NCBI GenBank assembly: GCA_023140385.1
Contig: JAGLLT010000039.1
Coordinates: forward strand, 34,381 to 98,380
Direction: 5' to 3'
DNA from: Candidatus Omnitrophota bacterium
Lineage (GTDB): Bacteria > Omnitrophota > Gorgyraeia > JAGLLT01
DNA length: 64,000 nucleotides
Shown here: positions 56,255 through 64,000 of the stretch, in pieces
How positions within the stretch are numbered: the first letter of the stretch is position 1
Layout: every line of letters begins with the position of its first letter
Notes under the pieces: generated by a model
The model's database searches: none
What the model was told of the DNA's origin: nothing
What the model saw: the letters and a program-made list of their open reading frames with translations, nothing else
Made by a program: the position numbers and the translations under genes

Positions 56255-58333
56255 ATGCTGATAAGTTATAATTGGCTTAAAGATTTTACGGATATTAAGA
56301 TTACGCCTGAAGAGCTGGCCGAAAGGCTTACTATGGCCGGCATTGAAGTCGGGTCAATAGAAAAGCTTAAGGATGATTTTGTTATGGATGCCGAAATCAC
56401 CCCCAACAGGCCTGATTTGTTAAGCATGGAAGGTATTGCCAGAGAGGCGGCCTGTCTAACCGAAAGCAGTTTTCGTGAACTTAACGCGGAGAGCTGTGAG
56501 GTTGAAAATTCAGGCGAGCCCATAGGCGAGCCCATAGAGGTTAAAAATCAGGCGCCCGCTAAGTGCCTTAGATATAACGCGACCTTGATCAGAGATACTA
56601 AAATTAAAATATCGGACGAAAAGATAACCCGCCGGCTAAGCACTTTAGGCCTGAGACCGGTTAATAATATAGTTGATATAACCAACTATTTCCTTTTAGC
56701 CAGCGGACAGCCTTTGCACGCCTTTGACTATGATAAAATTGAGGGCTCAACGCTTGTTGTCAGATGGGCTAAAAAAGGAGAAAGCATTGCCGCGCTGGAT
56801 TCAAGGGAGTATAAACTTGACGAAGATATTCTGGTCATTGCTGATGAGAAAAAGCCGATAGCCATTGCGGGTATTATCGGGGGGATTGATACTGAGATTG
56901 GCTATGAGACAAAGAATGTACTGCTGGAGTGCGCTCATTTTGATCCCGTTGTTATAAGAAGAGCGGCCAGAAGGCTTGGCATCAGCACAGATTCTTCTTA
57001 TAGATTTGAAAGAGGAGTTTGCCTGAAGGCCATACCGGCTGTGGCTCGAAAAGCGGCTCTTCTTATGGCTCAGAGTAGCAAGGGCTCTATAAAGGGTAGG
57101 AGAGATATTTTTAAAGGCGGCTTGAAGGAGCGCTCGGGTAAGTTAAGAATAGATGAAATAAGCAGGATTTTGGGTTTTAAGATTAGCCTCGATAAAGTCA
57201 AAAGGATTTTAACGGCGCTTGGATTTGAAGTAACAGCCGCCGGCGAAAGATCTCTTACGCTCAAGATACCCTTTTTCAGGCAGGATGTTAGCAGAGAGAT
57301 AGACATAATAGAAGAGGTAGCCCGCGTTTACGGCTACGATAAAATGCCTACGACGCTTGCCGGAATATCACCAAAACAGATAATAAAGTACAGATCATCG
57401 GCCGGTATTAGCGAGTTCCGTAAATATAAGATTAAGAAAATTGTAGGAGATATTTTATGCGCTTGCGGGCTTAGCGAAGTTATAACTTATAGTATGATTA
57501 ACGAAAGGTCTTTAAGTAAACTTAATTACCTGCCCGATGAAATTGTTAAAGTCCAAAAAGCTCTGAGTGTGGAGCAGGAGATTTTAAGGCCCACATTAAT
57601 TCCCGGCATCCTGAATGTTTTAAGCTGGAATCTAAATAGGCAGGTTGAGGATTTAATGGTTTTTGAGTTAGGGGATGTGTTTTTAAATAAGGGCGGTAAA
57701 TTTTCTGAAGAAGCCGCTTTGGCGATAGGCCTCTCCGGTAGTAAGTTCACGAATGACTGGCGGGTAAAGTCCAAGCCGTTTGATTTTTTTGATCTCAAGG
57801 GGATAGTTGAAAACCTGTTTAGCCGCCTGGGGATAAAGGATATTGCCTTTAAGCGGGTTGACAGCGGCATTTTTGTTAAGGGCCACAGCGCTGTCGTAAC
57901 TATGGCTGACAAAAAATTAGCCGTCCTGGGCAAGATAAAGAACGTGGTACTTGATACCTTTGATATAGAAGATGAGGTATACGCGGCTGAAGTTTATCTG
58001 GAAGAGGTGCTGTCGTATGTGAGGTTGGATGATAAAGTGAAGCCTATACCGAAATTTCCGGCCGTCACACGCGATCTGGCGGTAATTGTAAAAAACGATT
58101 TATCTTCAAGCGAAATTATTGAAATGATAAAGAAGACGGGCAAGGGATTTATCAGAGAGGTTGCTCTTTTTGACGTTTATTCAGGAAAACAAATTCCCAC
58201 CGGCTATAAAAGCCTTGCCTACTCCATAAAGTACCAGTCAGAAAAAACAACCCTAACCGACACCGAAGTTGATAAAGTGCAAACAGAAATCCAAAAAACC
58301 CTGGTAAACAACCTAAAAGCCCAGATGAGGTAA
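56255..58333 (+). CDS. pheT: Phenylalanyl-tRNA synthetase beta subunit (short form, lacks the N-terminal OB-fold tRNA-binding domain)
   Basis: MLISYNWLKDF start. B3/4, B5 and C-terminal FDX-ACB domains are present. The protein is about 100 aa shorter than canonical PheT. Confidence 0.9.
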   Translation: MLISYNWLKDFTDIKITPEELAERLTMAGIEVGSIEKLKDDFVMDAEITPNRPDLLSMEGIAREAACLTESSFRELNAESCEVENSGEPIGEPIEVKNQAPAKCLRYNATLIRDTKIKISDEKITRRLSTLGLRPVNNIVDITNYFLLASGQPLHAFDYDKIEGSTLVVRWAKKGESIAALDSREYKLDEDILVIADEKKPIAIAGIIGGIDTEIGYETKNVLLECAHFDPVVIRRAARRLGISTDSSYRFERGVCLKAIPAVARKAALLMAQSSKGSIKGRRDIFKGGLKERSGKLRIDEISRILGFKISLDKVKRILTALGFEVTAAGERSLTLKIPFFRQDVSREIDIIEEVARVYGYDKMPTTLAGISPKQIIKYRSSAGISEFRKYKIKKIVGDILCACGLSEVITYSMINERSLSKLNYLPDEIVKVQKALSVEQEILRPTLIPGILNVLSWNLNRQVEDLMVFELGDVFLNKGGKFSEEAALAIGLSGSKFTNDWRVKSKPFDFFDLKGIVENLFSRLGIKDIAFKRVDSGIFVKGHSAVVTMADKKLAVLGKIKNVVLDTFDIEDEVYAAEVYLEEVLSYVRLDDKVKPIPKFPAVTRDLAVIVKNDLSSSEIIEMIKKTGKGFIREVALFDVYSGKQIPTGYKSLAYSIKYQSEKTTLTDTEVDKVQTEIQKTLVNNLKAQMR

Positions 58334-58581
58334 TAGAGAAAGTCCAACCTGACCGCTATTGCAAAAATGCTTGCTTTTGAGCTTGGATTGTGATATATTT
58401 AGTGTAGATAATAATTTCCCTGCTATGTACGTGATGAGCAGATAGACTTGAGCCAACACAGTTTGCCCGGGAACCTAACTTCATACTGCCCGCGGGCGGA
58501 AATGAGAAGGTACCCACTTAGTAGACCGGGTTCAAGCCTATCACGCACGCACGGCATCCGCGGGGATTTCTTTTTAGGCCT

Positions 58582-59913
58582 ATGAATCTATTTAAAAATC
58601 TCGAATCAAAAGATAATACCCCCCAGGAAAATTCGCCTCTTGCTTACAGAATGCGGCCCAGAGCGCTGGAAGAGTTTGTAAATCAAAAACATCTTTTGGC
58701 AGAAGGCAAACCGCTTCTTAGAGCAATAAAGGCGGACAGGCTGACCTCTATCATCTTATACGGCCCGCCCGGTACCGGTAAAACGGCTCTGGCTTCTGTA
58801 ATAAGCAAGGTTACCAACTCGCTTTTTTGCCGGCTGAACGCTGTAACTTCGTCAGTCAAAGAGCTCAGGGTGGTTATTGAAACGGCCAGGAAAAGGAAAA
58901 AGCTTTATAATCAAAAGACCATTCTCTTTATTGATGAAATACACCGTTTTAACAAAGCCCAGCAAGATGTATTGATGCCCGACGTAGAAGAAGGCAATGT
59001 TATACTGATAGGCGCCACCACTCACAATCCCTTTTTTAGTATAAATCCGCCCATAATTTCCCGCTCAGGTGTTTTTGAGTTAAAACCTCTCGGAGATGAT
59101 GATATTCTGAAAATTTTAAGTACAGCGCTAAGAGATAAAGAAAGGGGCCTGGGCAAAATGAAGATTAAGGTAACTGAAGAGGCCCTTAAATTGATGGTTC
59201 GGGCTTCGGACGGTGATGCCAGGCGGGCGCTTAATATCCTTGAGATTGGCGCTCTAACTACACTGCCGGATGAAGATAATGTTATCCACTATAGTAGGCA
59301 GGTTGCCCTGGATTGTATTGGGAGGAAGGTTGTTCTTTATGATAATAAAGAAGATGGACATTATGATACAATATCCGGCTTCATAAAGAGTATGCGCGGT
59401 TCAGACCCGGATGCCTGCGTATACTGGTTGGCCAAGATGATATATGCGGGTGAAGATGTACGTTTTATTGCCAGGCGCATTGTTATCTGCGCCGCTGAGG
59501 ACGTAGGCAATGCCGACCCGCAGGCTTTGATTTTGGCCAATGCCGCTATGCAGGCAGCTTTAAATATAGGCCTGCCGGAGGCCAGAATTCCTTTAGCCCA
59601 GGCGGCTCTTTACATAGCCTGCGCCCCAAAAAGTAACGCTTCCTATCTGGCCATAGAAAGCGCCTTAAAGGATGTGAGAGAGAAGCGTTTGCTTGAAGTG
59701 CCGGAGGGGATAAAGGACGCCCATTACAAAGGCGCCCGGAGATTAAAAAGGGGCGAGGGATACATTTACCCGCATGATAGGGAGCAAGAGGCCCTGGAGC
59801 AGAAGTATCTTCCGTGTAAAAACAGATATTACTTTCCTAAGGATAAAGGCCTTGAAGCCGGATTTAAAGAGCTGCTTGAGTTAAAAGAAAAACTAATTAA
59901 GGGCGGGGCATGA
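58582..59913 (+). CDS. rarA: Replication-associated recombination protein A (AAA+ MgsA/RarA)
   Basis: [10 protein letters not shown] Walker A and the [10 protein letters not shown] sensor region. Confidence 0.9.
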   Translation: MNLFKNLESKDNTPQENSPLAYRMRPRALEEFVNQKHLLAEGKPLLRAIKADRLTSIILYGPPGTGKTALASVISKVTNSLFCRLNAVTSSVKELRVVIETARKRKKLYNQKTILFIDEIHRFNKAQQDVLMPDVEEGNVILIGATTHNPFFSINPPIISRSGVFELKPLGDDDILKILSTALRDKERGLGKMKIKVTEEALKLMVRASDGDARRALNILEIGALTTLPDEDNVIHYSRQVALDCIGRKVVLYDNKEDGHYDTISGFIKSMRGSDPDACVYWLAKMIYAGEDVRFIARRIVICAAEDVGNADPQALILANAAMQAALNIGLPEARIPLAQAALYIACAPKSNASYLAIESALKDVREKRLLEVPEGIKDAHYKGARRLKRGEGYIYPHDREQEALEQKYLPCKNRYYFPKDKGLEAGFKELLELKEKLIKGGA

Positions 59914-60959
59914 AAGAAAGATTTAAGGAGTATCTTTATAATGTTGCCGTAAGCGGACAAAAAGGCGCTTTGGCCTCCACCTTGAGGTTTACCCTGTTAA
60001 TTTTTTCATACCTTTATTGGGCCTGCCTTGAGCTGGTTATTTTTCTTTTCCGGGCACGCGTCCTGCCGCGCTATAAGCCCGAAGTTAAAGTTATCAGTGT
60101 CGGTAACATTACCATGGGGGGAACCGGCAAAACCCCCTTTGAAGAGTATTTAATAAAGCGATTTTTTATTTCCAAAAAGGTAGCCCTTATTTCACGCGGT
60201 TATAATAGTGATGAGTTAAATTTACTACAATATAATCTACCGGGCATAAAGATACTTTCCGGTAAAGACAGGGCCAGGTTGATAAAAAGAGCGATTAAGT
60301 ACTTTAAGCCGGATTTAATTGTTTTAGATGATGGTTTTCAACAATGGCGCGTTTCAAGAGATATCAATATTGTCCTTATTGACGCAACCTGTCCTTTTAG
60401 CAATCAAAGGCTTACTCCGCGCGGTTTGCTGAGAGAGCCGGTTGGCCATCTCAGGAGGGCGGATATTTTTGTGCTGACCAAGGCCGGTTTGGGCCAGGTT
60501 AATCTGCCGCGCCTAAAAGCCCTTTTAAAAAGGATAAAGCCGGAAGCTCCGGTTGTAGAGGCTGAACACATGCCCAGTTGTTTATATGAACCGCTTAAGG
60601 ACAAAAACCTCTCTTTTAAAGAGGTAAGAGGTAGAAAGGTTTTAGGTTTTTGCGCTATCGGTTCGCCCTCATCTTTTCGAGCTACCCTCAGCAGTCTGGG
60701 AGCGGAAGTTAGCGGTTTTGTTAATTTTATTGACCACTATCAGTATAAGAACGGGGATGTTGACAGTCTTATCAATAAAGCGCGCACCGCTAAGGTAAAG
60801 GCGCTGATAACCACTGAGAAGGATTGGATGCGCCTGGACGCGAATATGGTTTTTAGGCTGTCAAGAGAGTTTAAGTTTTACGTACTGAAAATAAAAATAG
60901 AGATACTAAAAGGGGAGGAAAGGCTGGATGAATACATATCCGGCATATCTGGCGGCTAA
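59910..60959 (+). CDS. lpxK: Tetraacyldisaccharide 4'-kinase
   Basis: VISVGNITMGGTGKTP, a P-loop typical of LpxK. Confidence 0.85.
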   Translation: MKERFKEYLYNVAVSGQKGALASTLRFTLLIFSYLYWACLELVIFLFRARVLPRYKPEVKVISVGNITMGGTGKTPFEEYLIKRFFISKKVALISRGYNSDELNLLQYNLPGIKILSGKDRARLIKRAIKYFKPDLIVLDDGFQQWRVSRDINIVLIDATCPFSNQRLTPRGLLREPVGHLRRADIFVLTKAGLGQVNLPRLKALLKRIKPEAPVVEAEHMPSCLYEPLKDKNLSFKEVRGRKVLGFCAIGSPSSFRATLSSLGAEVSGFVNFIDHYQYKNGDVDSLINKARTAKVKALITTEKDWMRLDANMVFRLSREFKFYVLKIKIEILKGEERLDEYISGISGG

Positions 60960-62895
60960 GTTTATTTTGTTTGTACTTAAATGCCTGCCGTTAAATTTTG
61001 CTTTGTTTCTCGGCAGACTTATGGGAAACATGGCCTACCTTTTTTGTGCTAAGCAGAAGAGAACCGGTTATTTGAATTTACGAGCCGCCTTTAGCTGTTC
61101 AAAGTCCCCGGCTGAACTGAAAAGAATTTTAAGGGGCTCATATAAAAACCTGGGCCGGATGTTGGTTGAGATAGCAAGATTTCCAAAATTAAACGAAGAT
61201 TGGGTTGATAGCTTCGTTTCTATAAAAGGGCTTGAAACCGTTAAAAAGGCGAAAGCTAAGGGCGGGGGTTTGATATTTTTGACGGGTCATTTCGGAAACT
61301 GGGAGCTTGCGTCCCAGGTACTAAGTATCAAAGGCTATCCTATGCAAGTGCTGGTCAGAAAACAGAAGCTTAACAGGCTTAATGAGTTGTTAAATAGCTA
61401 TAGAAGCGCTAACAACTGTGAGGTTGTCAGTAAGGGTGTAGGTGTAAAGGCTATTTTAAGAAGTTTAAGAAAAAATAATACCGTGGGAATGCTGGCTGAC
61501 CAGGATGTCCGCCAAAGCGGTGTTTTTGTGGAATTTTTGGGCAGGTACACCTCGGCTCCGTCAGGAGTGGCGGCTATCGCTATGAAGACGGGGAGCCCTA
61601 TTATCCCTTGTTTTCTTAAAAGAGGCGGGGGAGGCAGGCACACCCTGTTTATGATTGAGGAGTTGACGATTGACAGTCAGGGGCCTAAGGAGTCAGTTGT
61701 AAGGGATTGCCTGCAAGGTTATCACAATTTGCTTAGCCGCTATATTAAAGAAAGCCCCGAACAGTGGTTCTGGGCGCAGAAGAGGTGGAGGTCGACGCCT
61801 GCCCGGGCAGTTATTGTATTAAGTGACGGCAAGGCCGGCCATTTGAACCAGGCGAAAGCTGTTAGCCGCCTGCTGGGAGAGGAGCTTGAAAAAAGCGGTC
61901 TTCAGTCAAGACTGCCCTATGCCCGGGAAGACGGCTGTAAAATAATTGAAGCCGGTTTTAGACATAAGGCAGGCTCTGCTTTATTAAATGCCTGCCTGAC
62001 GCTTGCTTTTCTTCAGCCGCTGCGCCTTTTATTGCTAAGATTGTTTCTGACGAAAGAAAGTTACCGCGAGTTGATAAGCAGTTACGCGGATTATGTGATT
62101 TCCTGCGGCAGTAAGCTGGCAGGTATTAATTTAGCGGTTTCTAGGGAAAACGGCGCCCGGAGTGTTGTGATAATGAAGCCGCCGCTTAGAATTAATAACT
62201 TTGATTTAGCCGTTATACCTGAACATGACCGGCCCGGCAAATTCGGGAAATCGGGGAGAGTGGTTGTGACTGCCGGCGCTCCCGGCTTAATTAGCGCTGA
62301 ATCAATAAGGCGCGATAAAGAGACTCTAACTGCCAAGATAAGCCTGAAAGACGGCTCTATTCTTGGTGTTTTTTTTGGCGGAGACAGCCGTCATTATAGT
62401 TATGAGGAAATTCAGATTAAGAGGATGCTGGCTGAGATAAAGAGTATAGCCGCTGAGTGTAATTCCAATCTTTTGGCTACTACATCCAGGCGTACAGGCC
62501 GGGCGTTTGAGTTGTTGTTCGAAGGTTCGTTGGCGGGCTTTGGGGGCTGTAAACTTTTGGTGCTTGCCTCAAAGAATAATCCTCCTGAAACGATAGGCGG
62601 TATTCTGGGCTTATCGGATGTAGTAATTGTTTCTTTTGACAGCCTCTCTATGATTTGCGAGGCCGTAAGTTCTCAAAAGCGAGTTGTTGTACTTGTGCCG
62701 GATAACTACCAGTCCCTGAAAGACCTCAGTAAACACAAAAGACTGATAAGCAGTTTCACCGCGCGGGGCTTTGTAAAAACAGCGGAAGCCGGGAGCTTAA
62801 AGACGGTTGTTAAGGATTTATTCGCGGCAGAGGGAGAGATTAAGGCTCCTGATGACAATAAAAAAATAAGAGAGGCGCTGGCAGGATTAATATGA
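60928..62895 (+). CDS. lpxL: Fusion protein: lipid A lauroyl/myristoyl acyltransferase (LpxL/HtrB family) N-terminal domain + C-terminal ELM1/DUF1022-like (GT-B, LpxB-clan) domain
   Basis: The N-terminus has HFGNWE and LADQD motifs. The C-terminus begins VIVLSDGKAGHLNQAKAVSRLL, resembling the ELM1/DUF1022 start. The reading frame is continuous at 655 aa. Confidence 0.65.
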   Translation: MNTYPAYLAAKFILFVLKCLPLNFALFLGRLMGNMAYLFCAKQKRTGYLNLRAAFSCSKSPAELKRILRGSYKNLGRMLVEIARFPKLNEDWVDSFVSIKGLETVKKAKAKGGGLIFLTGHFGNWELASQVLSIKGYPMQVLVRKQKLNRLNELLNSYRSANNCEVVSKGVGVKAILRSLRKNNTVGMLADQDVRQSGVFVEFLGRYTSAPSGVAAIAMKTGSPIIPCFLKRGGGGRHTLFMIEELTIDSQGPKESVVRDCLQGYHNLLSRYIKESPEQWFWAQKRWRSTPARAVIVLSDGKAGHLNQAKAVSRLLGEELEKSGLQSRLPYAREDGCKIIEAGFRHKAGSALLNACLTLAFLQPLRLLLLRLFLTKESYRELISSYADYVISCGSKLAGINLAVSRENGARSVVIMKPPLRINNFDLAVIPEHDRPGKFGKSGRVVVTAGAPGLISAESIRRDKETLTAKISLKDGSILGVFFGGDSRHYSYEEIQIKRMLAEIKSIAAECNSNLLATTSRRTGRAFELLFEGSLAGFGGCKLLVLASKNNPPETIGGILGLSDVVIVSFDSLSMICEAVSSQKRVVVLVPDNYQSLKDLSKHKRLISSFTARGFVKTAEAGSLKTVVKDLFAAEGEIKAPDDNKKIREALAGLI

Positions 62896-64000
62896 GGGTT
62901 CTTCAGATTTTACCGGCTTTAGAAACTGGTGGAGTTGAAACCGGTACCGTTGACCTGGCAAAAGAACTTATTCGGCAAAACCACAGAGCGGTGGTGGTTT
63001 CTGCCGGGGGAAGCCTGGTTAGTGAGTTAATCTCATTGGGAGTTAAACACTATCAACTGCCGGTTAATAAAAAATCACCTCTGACGATTTTAAGAATGAG
63101 CGGCCTGCTTGCCGGGATAATAAAAAAGGAAAAGATAGACGTTGTCCACGCCAGAAGCAGGGTGCCTGCCTGGATTGCCTGTCTTGCCTGTTATAGAACC
63201 GGCTGTAGTTTTGTTACTACTTGCCACGGTTATTATAATACTCATTTTACAAGCCGCGTTATGGGTTGGGGCAAGAGGGTGATTGTAGTCAGCCGGGCTA
63301 TCGGACGCCACATGATAGACGACTTTAAGGTACCGCCGGAAAGAGTCAGGCATATAGCCCGCGGAGTTGACCTTGAGAAGTTTACCTTTAATCCCGGCTC
63401 TCTTAAAAGAACCGGCGCTTTTAAGGTAGGTATAATAGGCAGAATTACGCCTCTTAAGGGACATAAGTACTTTTTGAAGGCTATATCAAAGGTAGTCAGG
63501 CAACTGCCCCGTATAAGGGCGCAAATTATCGGTGAAGCCGCGCCCGGCAAAATCGGCTGTAAAGAAGAGCTCTTAGTTTCAATCAGGCAGTTAGGCATAA
63601 CAAACTATGTAGAGTTTTTAGGTAGGCGCTCTGACATACCGGCGGTCTTATCCGGACTTGATGTTTTGGTAATGGCTACTACAGCGCAGGAAGCCTTTGG
63701 GAGGGTTTTAATTGAGGCCGGCGCCGTGGGGATACCGGTTATTGCTACAAGAGTAGGAGGGGTGGTTGAGATAATTGAGGATGGTAAAAATGGAATTCTT
63801 GTTCCCGCCCGGGATTCGGAGGCTATTGCCGGCGCCCTTTTGAAAATATACCGCGACCGGCAATTGGCAGAAAGTTTTATCAAGCGGGCCCGGGAGAAGG
63901 TTGAAAGATTATACGATTTAAAGGAGATGTATAATAAAACCATAAAGGTTTATCAGGAGGCCATAGGTTCTTTAAAAATATTGGTTATAAAGTTTAGCGC
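62892..64000 (+). CDS. Glycosyltransferase family 4 (3' end lies outside the window)
   Basis: The frame is open to the window end. The GT4 E-X7-E region is EAFGRVLIEAGAVGIPVIATRVGGVVEIIEDGKNG. There is an ATGA overlap with the upstream gene. Confidence 0.8.
   Translation, partial: MRVLQILPALETGGVETGTVDLAKELIRQNHRAVVVSAGGSLVSELISLGVKHYQLPVNKKSPLTILRMSGLLAGIIKKEKIDVVHARSRVPAWIACLACYRTGCSFVTTCHGYYNTHFTSRVMGWGKRVIVVSRAIGRHMIDDFKVPPERVRHIARGVDLEKFTFNPGSLKRTGAFKVGIIGRITPLKGHKYFLKAISKVVRQLPRIRAQIIGEAAPGKIGCKEELLVSIRQLGITNYVEFLGRRSDIPAVLSGLDVLVMATTAQEAFGRVLIEAGAVGIPVIATRVGGVVEIIEDGKNGILVPARDSEAIAGALLKIYRDRQLAESFIKRAREKVERLYDLKEMYNKTIKVYQEAIGSLKILVIKFS

Noticed and set aside
58334-58581. tmRNA (ssrA) because of the GGGTTCAAGCC T-arm-like motif
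   Set aside because: The region is only ~170 nt after the putative promoter. It lacks a GGGG 5' acceptor, a tag reading frame and a 3' ACCA. It is kept only as an unclassified candidate structured RNA.
1-64000. Mobile genetic element or prophage content
   Set aside because: No transposase, integrase, recombinase or phage structural genes were seen. The repeated elements in rnf and after pyrE are non-coding and lack obvious terminal inverted repeats with target-site duplications.

Overview
This 64-kb window comes from a diderm (LPS-producing) bacterium of moderate-to-low GC content. Nearly every gene lies on the + strand. The only clear minus-strand gene is a 37-aa lysine-rich ORF that the six-frame track missed. 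PEP-CTERM sorting, DUF1559-like 'DGHV' prepilin proteins, a split coaBC and domain-reduced aminoacyl-tRNA synthetases (aaRS) suggest an uncultivated lineage, possibly PVC/Omnitrophota-like, but that is inference only.

Layout, from start to end:
1. 1-17.0 kb: a large type IV filament locus that mixes type-IV-pilus (T4P) and type-II-secretion (T2SS) components. It holds two PilB/GspE ATPases, a PilT retraction ATPase, PilC, three tandem GspG-like major pseudopilins and GspH/H/I/J-like minor pseudopilins. A PEP-CTERM protein sits in the slot where GspK would be. The locus continues with a PilM-PilN fusion, PilO-like and PilP-like proteins, and an apparently split secretin. The secretin consists of one TPR + N0/N1-domain protein followed by two short paralogous N3+secretin-core proteins.
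2. 17.0-19.1 kb: a YbjQ-like small secreted protein and two paralogous secreted HExxH (peptidase-MA-like) proteins.
3. 19.1-33.6 kb: housekeeping genes. These are polA, coaE, rho, rpmE, prfA, prmC, murA, rpsP, trmD, rplS, fchA-folD-metF, panB and a DRTGG protein. A secreted zinc-ribbon protein is inserted between prfA and prmC.
4. 33.7-34.0 kb: the divergently transcribed histone-H1-like micro-ORF, with sigma70-like promoters on both strands and a bidirectional terminator.
5. 34.0-38.8 kb: rnfC-D-G-E-A plus a truncated rnfB. The operon is interrupted twice by copies of a ~170-190-bp imperfect-palindrome repeat.
6. 38.8-46.3 kb: a PyrR-attenuated pyrimidine operon, pyrR-B-C-[lipoprotein]-[EndoQ-like PHP nuclease]-K-D-F-E.
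7. 46.5-49.8 kb: yicC-remA-gmk-rpoZ-coaC-coaB.
8. 49.9-50.9 kb: two paralogous prepilin-type proteins ending in DGHV.
9. 51.0-51.8 kb: a tRNA-Cys/Leu/Val array embedded in modular tandem repeats.
10. 51.9-58.3 kb: thrS, infC (AUU start), rpmI, rplT, pheS and pheT.
11. 58.6-64.0 kb: rarA, lpxK, an lpxL::ELM1-like fusion and a GT4 glycosyltransferase.

No transposase, integrase, CRISPR array or rRNA was seen.
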